A DNA stretch of 62,896 bases, counting the filler, from Octopus bimaculoides (taxonomy: Eukaryota): the NCBI RefSeq assembly GCF_001194135.2. It is 3 parts of 3 records of this genome, joined end to end, with 100 filler letters (N's around TTAATTAATTAA, not from the genome) between each part and the next. Parts side by side here need not be neighbours in the genome. Positions count along the whole stretch, not along the records: positions 1 to 31,203 come from NC_068981.1; 2 more parts are not named here. One strand, 5' to 3'. Below the pieces are notes generated by a model, which saw nothing but the letters and a program-made list of their open reading frames with translations, was not told where the DNA came from and did not search any database. Each line of letters starts with the position of its first letter. The first letter of the stretch is position 1. The position numbers and the translations under genes were made by a program. Of the stretch, positions 1-13,134 are shown in pieces.

Positions 1-72
<72 letters not shown>
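1..72. repeat. (TG)n microsatellite
   Basis: Direct; similar arrays at 971-1038, 11257-11404 and 61950-62050. Confidence 0.99.
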
Positions 73-78
<6 letters not shown>

Positions 79-967
79 GCGCCGTACACAGCGAGATATG
101 GGAGGATTATTTGCATTTTTATTCCTAACATGTCTAGGCAGATTCAGACGCAAACTATCAGTGGGCAGATATAAACACCCATCAGTAAACAATTTGTTCG
201 CTGAAAGTATTAAAAAAAAGCCAGCGGCTGCGTTTAGGCTCAGACTTCCGGTTATTTCTGGCTGATGAGACACAACATGTTGCAACACCTGTATCCTATA
301 ATGTCATGTGTAAATGAACCGAGTGTGTTGAACATACAGTCGTCGTAAAAGGGAGAAGTCACTCTTTTGTGACATATACTACAGTGACCATCATATTTTG
401 CGTGTTAATAAATTTGCGAATAAGCGTGTTATATATATCTATATATAAGTCGCAAAAATGGTGAAATATAGATGTCAATTGCCCCTGAATGGGAGTTCGT
501 ACAAGTTGTCTCGTCTGTCTATGACTTCCAAGGGTTTTAACCCTCGGTGCTTTAAGGGAGTCATTCCCACCGCGCTAATTCGCAGCCAGCTGGCAAACAG
601 GCAATACAATATATAATGATAAGAGTAAGTAAGAATACGTCAAAAGTCGTAGAACAGATATACACAAGATTAGTGTTGAAGCCAAATCGAATACCTAAAA
701 TCCAACTTCTTATTCTTATTCTTGGGAGGCGCAATCCATTTAAATAACAATCAGATATAGAAAACCAGCAGCCGAGCTATAGAAGACATAGATAAAATAA
801 AAGACGGACAAGCAGTTGTCTATGGCATGAAAGCATTCATGAAAGCACTTGTAAATACGCATATAAATAAAATTAAGTAGAAATCCGGAAGATAGTCCAT
901 GATAGACCTTCATAAATAATTGCGAACAAATAGGAAAATTCAAGGTATTCCTTGAAAGTATGGATGC

Positions 968-1041
<74 letters not shown>

Positions 1042-1423
1042 AATATGTATATATGTAAAGAAACGGGGGAGAAAGATTATATAAGATTGTATATATGTAC
1101 ATATTTGCACACATGCATAATTCGCGTAGATTAGACATAAAGGTTTGAATGGAGATTACTCCTTGCGTTTTCGGCGCCTATCATCATTAAAATTTATTCC
1201 GGGCCTATCAGCTTTATTAAACAATCGTTATTGTTATGATATTTCTCTTCTAAGAAACATCATATTCAAGATTTTAATGATTTGTTTTCCAAACTTAAAC
1301 CATATTCTGCAGAGAATCGCTACAAATTACATCGACCATAAGCGCGTGAAAGACAAAAAGTGAAAACAAAATCGAATAATGCGAGAATTGCAATACAAAA
1401 CAACACGGTCAAAATTAACATGA

Positions 1424-1790
1424 TTTGGGATTCAGTCCCATTGTCTACCCAATTGATCACAAGGCCAGTCAATGTCTCGCGGTGAATTTGGTAGACTGAA
1501 ACTGTGTGTCAAATATACGTGTGTGTATATAAGCACGGGTGCATATGCACACATAAACACACATATATACATGTACGAATATACGTGTGGGGGTGTATCT
1601 TTGTGTCTATCCCTACACAGCTAGACCACCAGTATTGGTTTGTTTATGTCCCTGTAATTTAGCAGTTAGGGCAAAGTTAACGATGCAAATACCAGACTTC
1701 AAAAGAGTAAGTAGTGGCCTCGATTTGTTGGGCTAAATCCGTCAAGGTCATACCCCAGCAGGGCCGCAGTCTATAAGTGGAAAAGAGAAT
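1424..1790 (+). mobile_element. SINE family B, degenerate
   Basis: gggattcagtccca, gaatttggtagac, internal microsatellite, tail cagcagggccgcagtc. Confidence 0.65.
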
Positions 1791-1949
1791 AAATACGGAT
1801 TTTAGACGGAAAACGTGAAGGTAACCACAAGATTCTTCCAGCCTCATAAGAAGTTGGGAAGAAATGATTTTAGAGGCGAGCTAAGTAAGTCGTAATAAAA
1901 CTATGATGTCAGAATACGATGGTAAACAAGAATTTGCTTGTAGATTGAC

Positions 1950-2640
1950 TGGATTATCAGGAAACATTCGATTCTCTTTTTCTCTTGTGTGTGTTAGTGG
2001 CCCAATGATTTGTTTATTAATCAAACTCATAGATTGTCTAGCTTCAAACTACGCCGCCATTCTCAAGTTAAATATAAGAGGTTTTATTGTTTCTGATGAG
2101 ATAAACTATCACAGTGGTATATTTCAAAGATATCATATCTTCGTAAAGCTGATTATACCGACGCAGTTTGTTATCTTTTCCGTTGGGAAAACTTGGAGAA
2201 ACTTGGAGAGCCTCTTAGTACGACAGCGATACAAATCTAATATATAAATTCTCTGTAAAGATAAATGCTGAAGACATGAAAAATACGCAGAAGAGATTTG
2301 GCTTGGTTGCAACATTCTCAAAAGATGACTATGGATGAAGTTTAACTGAAATGTAGCTTGCAACTGGACTACGAAATGAGGGAAAGCTACTAGACAGTCT
2401 TGCAGCATCTCTATCAATGGCCTGGCTATAAATTATTTTTAAAGAGAAATGCTAAAAGCATAAAAGATATGGAGATGAGATTTGGCTTGGTCGCAACATC
2501 CTCAAAAGATGCATATAAATGGAGTTTGACTAAAATATAGGTTCCAACTGGATTATGAAACGAGAGAAAACTGCAATGCAGTCTTTTAGCTTCTCTATCA
2601 ATGGTCTGGTTATTTGTCCGATATCATACAAAGACCGCTT
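1950..2640 (+). mobile_element. Highly decayed R4/Dong-type RT fragment with internal ~185-bp tandem duplication
   Basis: Mixed-frame remnants DYQETFDSL, INYHSGIFQ and TFSKD..MKF/MEF..KR(G/E)K. Units ~2263-2430 and ~2448-2615 align at roughly 75%. Confidence 0.5.
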
Positions 2641-3069
2641 CAATACTTTCGAATGAATGGAAATATATTCTGTGATGGCACTCGTAACAATACTTTCAGA
2701 TAATGCGCTACGACTGAGAAAAAAGAAGGATTGCCATGTCTAGAACGCCATTCATCAATTTAATTAGGGCTAACCTAGAGCTACACAACATTTCGAACCA
2801 AAGAAGGAAGCTCAATAAGGTCGCTAGACTGCTAGAAATAACAGCCACGTAGCCTCAAGTCTCACCCTATTAATCGGATATGAGCTTCCTACTAGTTTCG
2901 ATTTGAGACATAACACTTCGTTTCAGTTACATCACTAAAATATGAACATTACAACCCCAATTTCGCTTCATCTTTCCGTCTTAAACAATAATATAAGGAT
3001 GGCATATGTCTGTCTCTATTTTCATAAGATTCTTTTTGGTGAATTCTGTCGGTTATGAGGACAAGTGTT

Positions 3070-3360
3070 CTAGTTGATTCGATCGACCGAACAGCCCGAT
3101 CGTGAAATTAACATGCAAGTGGCTTAGCACTCCACAGACACGCGTACGATTAACAAAGTTCTCAGGGAGGTTCAGCATGATACGGAATGCAACAAGGTTG
3201 GCCCTTTGAAATACAGGTACAACTCATTTGTGCCAACAGAATGGACTGGGGCTACAGGAAATAAAGCGTCTTGCTCAGTGACATAACGCGCCGCCGGTTT
3301 TCGAACTCATGACATTACATACGTGCGCCGAATACTCAAACCATTAACTCACGCGCCTTC
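3070..3360 (-). mobile_element. SINE related to family C (shared 3' block, different head)
   Basis: gtgaaattaacatgcaagtggcttagcactccacagacac is shared with 55390-55440; tRNA-like head ttcgaactc at ~3300. Confidence 0.65.
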
Positions 3361-3561
3361 ACCAAATTCTATGTATGGTAATGCACATATGACATCTCAG
3401 TATTTCAGTTGTCTCCAGACACAATATTTCTCTTAAATATATTTATTTCTGTTTTAAGTGAATAGTTTGTTTTAATTCTTTGTATTTTCCTAAACACTTT
3501 CATTACATGAACATTTAATAAGGTCTTTTACTTTTAGTAATCTTTAACAATTTTGTCAGCT

Positions 3562-3768
3562 ATAAGCGCAAGACCTGAAGTTTTGATCGTTGGGAGTTAG
3601 TCGATTACATCGGCCACAGTACTTGACTGGTACTTAATTCATCATTCCCCGAAATGATGAAAAGTGAAGTCGACCCCCGGCGGTATTTGAACACCGGAGG
3701 TAAATCTGGGGAAAATAACGCTAAACATTTTATACGACATGCAAGCGATTCTGCCAGCTTGCTGCCTT
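3562..3768 (-). mobile_element. tRNA-derived SINE, family A (octopus OK/OR-type; exact name not assigned)
   Basis: Degenerate match to the ggcggcgagctggcagaa...gagttcaaattccgccgaggtcgac...gtaccag consensus seen in many copies in this window. Confidence 0.7.
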
Positions 3769-4442
3769 TTTTCTTTTTTCTTTTTTTTTTTTTTTAGTAA
3801 TCTTTAATAATGACGTTTTCACTTTAAAAAGTTTTTCTAACAATTCTCAGAATACATCAAGTCAAATATAAAAATATAGAACAAGGAATGTTATCGATCT
3901 TATACAGTACCCGTACAGTATAAAATGGTGATCTACTAAATAATACAGAAAAATTCGTATATAACTTTCCTTTCTTCCACTTATATCAAGATTCAAGAAT
4001 GAATCTTTTAATTCCTTTCTATATAGTTATCAATTCTCGCTCCTTAGAGTACATTCGTCAGGACATTTCGGTAACTGGTTCCCAATGGCATACAGAGCAT
4101 AGGTCGATGATTAAAGAGAGAGTTTATGGAAAATGTATAACCATTGTATTGTCTGATTCCATCAAAATGGTAAAATATTATATTATCTGGAGTTGACATT
4201 AACCCAGCTCACCCAAATGGGTACAAGATCGATGTTCTTTGATAGTCCAGTTGTTTGCTTCTCAGACATGTTTTCACCGCTACACAAATATTTCGGATAA
4301 AAACATTACATGACCACTTATACATTTATTCATACATGTGTACGAGCATGTGTTTGTATGCGAACATATGTGTGTGTGCGTGTGTTTGTGCGTGTATGTG
4401 GGGTATACAGAGAGAGGGGCATATACATATCTAAAAATGTAT

Positions 4443-4475
<33 letters not shown>

Positions 4476-4563
4476 GCATGCCATCCTTCTGTAGTCGATG
4501 AAATCAATTATACTTAAAAGACCCTGAGCCAGCATGGATACAGTCAATGCCTGAAACTAATAT

Positions 4564-4565
4564 AA

Positions 4566-4651
<86 letters not shown>

Positions 4652-4777
4652 CTATGTATCTATGTATGTATTTATGTATGTATACATACATACATGCATG
4701 CATGCATGCATACATACGTACATACATACATACATACATACATACATACATACATACATACATACATACATACATAC
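4564..4777. repeat. Compound (TA)n/(TATG)n/(TACA)n microsatellite
   Basis: Direct; related arrays at 5063-5175, 5339-5385, 5603-5688, 13010-13134 and 39540-39700. Confidence 0.99.
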
Positions 4778-5627
4778 CAATAGAGGGAGAGGAGAAAGAG
4801 GAGAATGCGGATGAAGGGTATTTCTACAAATAATAATGCAAAATTGATACGGAATTGATTTTTCTTCGAGAAAAAAATATTTCTTGAGTATACAAGAATA
4901 CATAGAAATCCAAGACCCCTCTAAATAGTTCCTTGAAATGTGTACGCTTTCAATTTACTTATATATCCATATGCAAATATACACATATCCATATATACCT
5001 GAAAACTTACTTCCATATATATTTCTGCGTGTTTTATTTGTGCAAGTCTGTCAGTATGTCAGTATGTATGTATGTATGTATGTATGTATGTATGTATGTA
5101 TGTGTGTATGTGTGTGTGTGTGTATTATGTATGTATGTATGTATGTATGTATGTATGTATGTATGTATGTATGTGTCTTCTATATTTTAATTATTATAAA
5201 TCTTCCATTGAGGAGGGAGCCGGTTTCCAACAAAGAGACAAGGCTCCATCTTTAGGATGTAGTTAACATAAACAAATTTACATTTGGAACTTGAGAAAAG
5301 TCTTGTATATTTTTACTGTTTCACTCACAGATTGCACTTGTATGTATGTATGTATGTATGTATGTATGTATGTATGTATGTATGTCTTTTTCTCTTTTTA
5401 ATTTAGAGTAAATTTTGACCGGCCGCATTCTTGGTAGCGAGGTTGTGAAGGAAAGCATCTTGCTTTAACCAGCATTCTTTAAATCTTAAGGTCTTGCAGA
5501 TTTTTATAGTCCCACATATCGTGATCATTTATACCGAATGAATAAAGGATTTGCGTTCTCTCCTCAAGATCCCAAGTTCAGTCATACTTTGCTCTGGGCG
5601 GGTATGTATGTATGTATGCATGCATGC

Positions 5628-5660
<33 letters not shown>

Positions 5661-5713
5661 TGTATGTATGTATGTATGTATGTATGTATAAATTTGTGTG
5701 AATATACATAATA

Positions 5714-6066
5714 CAGGGAATTCGGGCTAAATTTGACAGTTAGCATAAAAGGAGAGGAAAACACAATATCTCATCCAAAAATAAAAGTATTTTTTTAAAA
5801 ATCAAAAGACAACATCTAGATTGTGACAGAAAGAATAACAGTTTACTCAAAGTAGCTGCCCTCAGTTTCCACCACGGCCTCGAAAAGTTTCCGGAACCAG
5901 GCGTAGGCTTTCCTCACTGTGTCCCTGAGAAGATCTTCCAGCATCTCATTGGTCTCGGGAACCAGCTTGGCCATGGTGTTGCAGGCAGAGCAGTTGGTAT
6001 TTTTCTCCACCAGTCCCCACACATAGTAACCCATAGGAATGCAATCAGGGGGACTGAGAATCCAGA
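5714..6066 (-). mobile_element. Tc1/mariner (maT/DD37D-like) transposon, 3' part
   Basis: Minus translation FWILSPPDCIPMGYYVWGLVEKNTN...FRKLFEAVVETEGSYFE* resembles the SPDLNPLDY...IEAEGGYIE C-terminus. TA|CAGGG terminus at 5714. Confidence 0.8.
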
Positions 6067-6189
6067 AGTCATTGTAATTCTACGAATGGTGAAGTCATAG
6101 TAATTATACAACAACCACTTCTGATTTTACCAGACGTATGATGTGGAGCATATGTGTATATATATGCATGTATGTATGTCTATATATGT

Positions 6190-6323
6190 AGGCGCAGGAG
6201 TGGCTGTGTGGTAAGTAGCTTGCGTGGAACCTTGGGCAAGTATCTTCTGTTATAGTCTCGGGCCGACCAAAGCCTTGTGAGTGGATTTGGTAAACGGAAA
6301 CTGAAAGAAGCTCGTCGTATATA
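6190..6323 (+). mobile_element. SINE family B, head with deletion, runs into gap
   Basis: ggcgcaggagtggctgtgtggtaag...ccttgggcaagt...ggatttggtaaacggaaactgaaagaag. Confidence 0.85.
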
Positions 6324-7243
6324 NNNNNNNNNNNNNNNNNNNNNNNNNNNNNNNNNNNNNNNNNNNNNNNNNNNNNNNNNNNNNNNNNNNNNNNNNNNNN
6401 NNNNNNNNNNNNNNNNNNNNNNNNNNNNNNNNNNNNNNNNNNNNNNNNNNNNNNNNNNNNNNNNNNNNNNNNNNNNNNNNNNNNNNNNNNNNNNNNNNNN
6501 NNNNNNNNNNNNNNNNNNNNNNNNNNNNNNNNNNNNNNNNNNNNNNNNNNNNNNNNNNNNNNNNNNNNNNNNNNNNNNNNNNNNNNNNNNNNNNNNNNNN
6601 NNNNNNNNNNNNNNNNNNNNNNNNNNNNNNNNNNNNNNNNNNNNNNNNNNNNNNNNNNNNNNNNNNNNNNNNNNNNNNNNNNNNNNNNNNNNNNNNNNNN
6701 NNNNNNNNNNNNNNNNGATTTAATTTGTGTACACAAATTTAATTTGCGGTCCATGGGATGAGCTGTTTTAACGATGCGTCCTGCCTAGCTCTTCGAAACG
6801 CCGGTGTTAAAACGGAGGTAGCTGATGAAGTAGAATGTTCTCTATGTGGCTTGTGTGTTTTCTCGTCTCTGTTTTGTTTGCAATGTCCTGTACCCAGATA
6901 TGCACCTATACATACAGGTGGATGTCGGTATGCACATACCTGTACGTATATATGCATATACTCATTTACTATTTATATATATATATATATATAGCTGAAT
7001 CAAGGAAGATGTATTCTTGTCTGTCTCCTGTCCAAGCTTGATTTACGCGTTCGCCACCACAATCTCGTTTAGGCTTCGCAGCCCTTCCTGTTGTTTCCAC
7101 TGTCCTGTTTGTGTTACCAATTTTTACCCTCCACAAAATCCCAAATTTTATTTAATTATACAATTTTATTTATATATACATACATACATATATACACATT
7201 CAAACACAGACAGACAGACAGACAGACAGATAGACAGACAGAC

Positions 7244-7316
<73 letters not shown>

Positions 7317-7910
7317 TCAGTGACAGTGGTTTTGAATAAAGAATCTCATGAATTCCATTTTCTGCCTGTGATCTATCTTTTAAGCTCGACGGAAACTATG
7401 AAATTCCTGAAGTATATCCAGCCGCATGCACATTTCTATTATATGATGACAACCGGTGGCCAATAACTGTGGACGAACTTTGCACACCATTCTACAAGGT
7501 TTTTACCTGAATCTCACTTAACTTTCTCTCTCTGTCTCTCTTTCTTTCTTCTGCAGCAACTAATTTACACTGCAAAATTTACATCTTTATGTGCACTTAT
7601 TGTTAGTTTCCGCTTCTTCAAAGTGGAGTCAACTGCATTGCTCAGATAGAATCTAAATTAAATACAAGTCCAGCCGAAATATTCGTGGTGTTGTCATTGT
7701 TCCAAAAGCAACCTAGATCCTGACCTATTCAACTCTGCTGGTTATAAACAAATTGTCTAGCTCTCCAATGAACTTTAGTAGCTTGCAGACATAGACCATC
7801 CTTAAATGGTGAGTGGTAGTATTAATGTTTCGTATCAGATTACCTTAAGTATATTTTTACTGTTATTATCCTCCCTCTCTCTAGTATTATTACTCTTATT
7901 ATTGTTAATA

Positions 7911-8138
7911 TTGGGTTGTCCGGAAAGTTCGCGCCGATTTATAGTAGCTTACCTTTCGACTTATTTGCTATGAAACCACCTCAATTGTGGGAAGAGGGTA
8001 TTTTCAAGTTAAAGGAAAGATGGAGACGCATTGTGCAACAAAATGGTTCATATTTGGTTGATTAAAAATGTAATGGCAAGTATTTATTGACTTTTTTCTT
8101 TCCTTTAAAAATCGGCACGAACTTTCCGGACAACCCAA
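7911..8138 (+). mobile_element. Internally deleted mariner (MITE-like, 228 bp)
   Basis: TIRs ttgggttgtccggaaagttcg(c/t)gccgattt at both ends, TA duplication. Interior encodes FAMKPPQLWEEGIFKLKERWRRIVQQNGSYLVD*, a mariner transposase C-terminus. Confidence 0.9.
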
Positions 8139-8389
8139 TATTATTACTAACGAGCTATAAATCTATTATTTAATTTGATAATTTTATAATTAAATCAAAT
8201 TTAGTTATATTTAAGGATATCGTTAATTTCATTCCCAAATTGTTTTGTAATCCTTAGAATATGGTTAATTTATGTAGGCGTTTATGTTTAATAACTCTTT
8301 TCGACTTGTTATGGTTTACTCGATTTCAATTTTAATTTAAATATTATATATTATGCAATTATTCAAATTTATGAAATGTATGTTTAACT

Positions 8390-8838
8390 TGTAGCAAGTG
8401 AGGTTGGCACTGGATGGGTACCACGCAATTCGTTACATAAACGTGGAAGGAAAATAGCGGAACAAGAATATCCGAACAAATAATAATATTTATTCTCCGT
8501 CTGTACAAGCGTTACATCTTGGGACAATCAGTAGCCAGGTCGCCTTGGTGTGGAAGCAGCAGAGTCGGTTTAATCACAATTGTGAAGGCATTCTTCACAG
8601 GTTAGTCAACGTCGTGTGACGCCTTCAGATCTCCAGCTATATGGAGCTGGTCAAGATTGCGTGCGTCTAGCTCGGCAGCAGGGACGAAGAGGAAGATTGG
8701 CGGTCAAGCCTAGCGGCTGCTGATGGCTGTGCATGCGCATAGGGAAGGCTCTAATCCCTGCGCATAGGGAAGGCTCTAACCCCTGCGCATTCGTGGATGA
8801 AAATCCCAAAATGGCGACTGGAACCAGGTGGCACTACA
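8390..8838 (-). mobile_element. Solo LTR (449 bp)
   Basis: TGTAG...CTACA termini; 4-bp TSD AACT at 8386-8389 and 8839-8842; AATAAA on the minus strand at 8489-8494; internal 25-bp tandem repeat x2.3 at 8734-8790. Confidence 0.8.
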
Positions 8839-9133
8839 AACTTGATCAATACAACGTAATGCACACTCACGTCTATGATTAATTAATTTGAATTTTGATG
8901 TAAGAATTTGGTAAATTTCTTCCACACGCACAATTCACACCGTTTGCTCTCTCTACTATATGGTTTGGCTCTACTAATTATTTCCCATGTAATTTTATAT
9001 TCTATATTATATCTTGTAAGGACCAAATTAGTTTACTTAAGCTAGTGTTATTCCTTTTTTTTTGTTGCGGTCTCTAAATGAGTTATCATGATTGACAATT
9101 CTTTTTATGTTTCGCAAGCACAGATGTAATAAT

Positions 9134-9199
9134 AGATTACCTTGAGAGTACCTTGCGCCTGAGAGATTACCTTGCGCCTGAGAGATTACCTTGCGCCTG
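9134..9199. repeat. 19-bp tandem repeat (agagattaccttgcgcctg) x2 plus two partial units
   Basis: Exact units at 9162-9180 and 9181-9199. Confidence 0.9.
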
Positions 9200-9339
9200 T
9201 ATACTGTTTCTTTAATTTTGCAGTTAGAGTGGAAGGGACATAATCTATTAATTGCGCAATCACAGTTTTTTATCTATAACTCTAGTTTTTGTTATTGTGG
9301 TGTATGCAGGAGATTAGAAGTAAGTCACCTACATTCTCT

Positions 9340-9560
9340 TCGTCGACACAGACCTCTCCGGTGGTAACACACCCTTCCACGTGGCCCGAACCGAACGGTA
9401 AAAATAGCAGCTGCTGTCCCTCACCTTGTCGAAGCGCTCACACGTCCAGCGCTCTCGGCTACCCCGATCGAAAAAGGCCCTATCGTCCCATGCCTGCGCG
9501 CGCGTCACCTACACGCCCTTGCTCTTCCGGTCAGCTCCCCAGCTGCTGACGTCAACCCAC
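9340..9560. promoter_or_regulatory. GC/CpG-rich patch, possible promoter-like element
   Basis: Much more GC- and CpG-rich than its surroundings. Contains CACGTG (~9378), CTTCCGG (ETS-like, ~9524) and TGACGTCA (CRE, ~9547). Function not shown. Confidence 0.25.
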
Positions 9561-9694
9561 ATTTATCTTGTTTTCTTTCCTGATTATTTCTGTTGCTCTT
9601 CCTCCCCCGTTTATTTTTTATTTCCTTTCTGGTTCTTGATTTTCAATTTTAGTATCGCTTTCCAATATATTATTTGGGTTATTATTCACGTCTC

Positions 9695-9772
<78 letters not shown>

Positions 9773-10849
9773 TTTCGCTGTTTCTATAGCTTAGGTTACT
9801 ATTTTCGTTGTGGATATTTGCTCTTGCATTTACTTTAGATTCTATATGAACAATGCAATTTACTCCACCCTGACGAAGTGCACATAAAGACAAAAATTCT
9901 GCAGTGTGCATTAGTTGGTGCAGAAACATGTATAGGTGCAGACATGAAAAGAAGTAATTAACTGCTGAATGAAACTGGGTATTAATCTCTATCTCNNNNN
10001 NNNNNNNNNNNNNNNNNNNNNNNNNNNNNNNNNNNNNNNNNNNNNNNNNNNNNNNNNNNNNNNNNNNNNNNNNNNNNNNNNNNNNNNNNNNNNNNNNNNN
10101 NNNNNNNNNNNNNNNNNNNNNNNNNNNNNNNNNNNNNNNNNNNNNNNNNNNNNNNNNNNNNNNNNNNNNNNNNNNNNNNNNNNNNNNNNNNNNNNNNNNN
10201 NNNNNNNNNNNNNNNNNNNNNNNNNNNNNNNNNNNNNNNNNNNNNNNNNNNNNNNNNNNNNNNNNNNNNNNNNNNNNNNNNNNNNNNNNNNNNNNNNNNN
10301 NNNNNNNNNNNNNNNNNNNNNNNNNNNNNNNNNNNNNNNNNNNNNNNNNNNNNNNNNNNNNNNNNNNNNNNNNNNNNNNNNNNNNNNNNNNNNNNNNNNN
10401 NNNNNNNNNNNNNNNNNNNNNNNNNNNNNNNNNNNNNNNNNNNNNNNNNNNNNNNNNNNNNNNNNNNNNNNNNNNNNNNNNNNNNNNNNNNNNNNNNNNN
10501 NNNNNNNNNNNNNNNNNNNNNNNNNNNNNNNNNNNNNNNNNNNNNNNNNNNNNNNNNNNNNNNNNNNNNNNNNNNNNNNNNNNNNNNNNNNNNNNNNNNN
10601 NNNNNNNNNNNNNNNNNNNNNNNNNNNNNNNNNNNNNNNNNNNNNNNNNNNNNNNNNNNNNNNNNNNNNNNNNNNNNNNNNNNNNNNNNNNNNNNNNNNN
10701 NNNNNNNNNNNNNNNNNNNNNNNNNNNNNNNNNNNNNNNNNNNNNNNNNNNNNNNNNNNNNNNNNNNNNNNNNNNNNNNNNNNNNNNNNNNNNNNNNNNN
10801 NNNNNNNNNNNNNNNNNNNNNNNNATATATATATATATATATATAGTAA

Positions 10850-11040
10850 ATCCCCAAAAAAGACGAAGAACAAACACAAGAAAAAAACAACGTGAGAACG
10901 TGGTACATGCAAAGTATTAGCAGACACTCCTCTGGGAAGGAAAAAAAGATGGTTTTACGTTTCGAGTAAAGCTCTTCTTCAGAAAGAGGAGACAGAGTAA
11001 ACTCCAAGAGAAAAGGAAGGCGGAGGAAAAAATTCGCGAA
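10850..11040 (-). mobile_element. Putative Penelope-type terminal repeat fragment with minimal hammerhead-like motif
   Basis: Minus 10952-10986 reads CUUU CUGAAGA A GAG CUUUA CUC GAAACGU A AAAC. Similar in layout to 40560-40790; abuts (TA)n. Confidence 0.4.
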
Positions 11041-11321
11041 CGATTCACAAATCGTTACATTTTGAAAACCGGTGTTTTCGAGCGATTATAATCTCTGTCA
11101 ATATATATACATACAAGCATGTGCTTTGACTACAGTATTAGAGCATTTTAGCTCTTATTTCTAGCAATGTAGGTGTTTCTAACATTCTATTCATATTTAG
11201 TGACAATTATACACACACACACACACACACACACTCACACATACATATGTATCTGCATATGTGTGTGTGTATGTGTGTGTGTGTGTGTGTGTGTCTCTGT
11301 GTGTGTGTGTGTGTGCGTGCG

Positions 11322-11405
<84 letters not shown>

Positions 11406-12103
11406 GATAGTGAGAGATGTTGAGAAGAATTAACGGAAACTACATAAGAAACCTGTATAAGCCCATTTCTTGATGCAACTTTTTATTCAGAAACAATTTT
11501 ATAGCTGAAAAATTTGAATTGAAATCAGTCGTCTGAAAAGCGTAAGATGAAAAAAAAAAGAAAGAATGATACGAAAACCTCAGACAAACAGATCCAGAGT
11601 AATAACATAAAAGCTGTCTTTCGACTTGAGACAGAGTCTAATATAGATGGAGCCTTCATCTTCAGACAGTCTGATACAGAAAAAAATTAGTGAATGTGTC
11701 TACTTAGGGAGATCGCGATGGTAAAACGTAATGAAAACCAGATGAACGAGTTGCATGACAGAGAGAGAGAGAGAGAGGAGCGAGAGTGGAACAGAAAGAG
11801 AGGGAGCGAGAGAGGAACAAAGAGAGGGGGATGATAGAGTGAGAGGAAGATAGTTTGTCACAATGAGAGAAATAAATCCGTTACGGTGAAAATTATATGT
11901 CTGTGTGTGTGCTTGTGTGTGCATATGTATATGCACTTATGTATGTATGTATGCATGCGTGTATTATTTATATGGAATGGTTTAACTGATCGGAAACGTG
12001 ACAATTGGGGTCATGATTCAAGAATCTTCCGCTTCTAATAATAATAATGATGATGATGAAGATGGTGATGATGGTGATGATAACAACAACAGCAATGATG
12101 ATG

Positions 12104-12104
<1 letters not shown>

Positions 12105-12190
<86 letters not shown>
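12105..12190. repeat. (AAT)n microsatellite
   Basis: Direct; others at 9697-9770, 38606-38680 and 42386-42491. Confidence 0.99.
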
Positions 12191-13004
12191 TAGTGTTTGA
12201 ATATATGTGTGTATGTAACGTGTGTCTGTCAAAACGTCCTATGACCTCTTTCTTCATAATATATTTAATGTCTGAAAAATGATTAACAGAATAATGCATA
12301 GCTAGGACTAAGTTAGGTCGTTGAAGAGGGAAAAAACGAAAAAGAAATACAGCCTAATTTTTACAGGAATGACGTCGAAATTGTAACACTTCATTTTCTA
12401 ATACTGTATCTGAAATGTAAATTTAGTACGTCGTAGGACAGACACTGTTACTGCGTAAATAATCAATAAAATGTGATACATTTGTAGTCCGCACAACACA
12501 TATTGAAATACCTATTCAGTGTTTTTCATTTTATATTCAATTTTTTTTTCTTGTTTCAATTTTTCTTGCTTTCATTTTGTACTTTTGTGTTTAGAACATA
12601 GTTTTCGCGAGATTTATGTCCATAAACAAAGTTAGAAAAATAATTCTGATCAATAAAACCTATTTTGCGTTTTATTTGTATCTCTGTTATTTTTTTTTCA
12701 CCTTTAATACATATTTGTTTCATTTTATTGAGAAGAAAAAAGAAGAAAGCGAAAAAAGAAAAAAAGGGGAAAATCTCTACTTTTTAAAAAATTTTTTCAT
12801 GATCAGTTTTATTGTAAGGTCTATAACCCTCACGTGGACACTTAAAAACTGGAATTATTTATGGGTCAAATGCAATAGCTGGATTCTACATGAATAATAT
12901 GTGTTATTCGTTTTGTTAATTCAGTTTATATCTACATATATTTCGGTTATAAAATTCGCATACTCATATATATGTATATTGCACGCACCCACACACGAAC
13001 ACGC

Positions 13005-13035
<31 letters not shown>

Positions 13036-13066
13036 AACATACATACATACATACATACATACATAC

Positions 13067-13134
<68 letters not shown>

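Noticed and set aside
73-600. Possible Helitron helicase remnant (LGSDFR)
   Set aside because: A single short motif with no other helicase motifs in order.
6760-6830. Possible hammerhead from GAAAC at ~6797 and CTGATGA at ~6821
   Set aside because: Helix II and the cleavage triplet could not be formed in any permutation.
9969-10895. Long ORFs here and at 6104-6754, 44047-44456, 45568-46076, 51433-52520 and 61305-61919
   Set aside because: They are open only because they run through N gaps.
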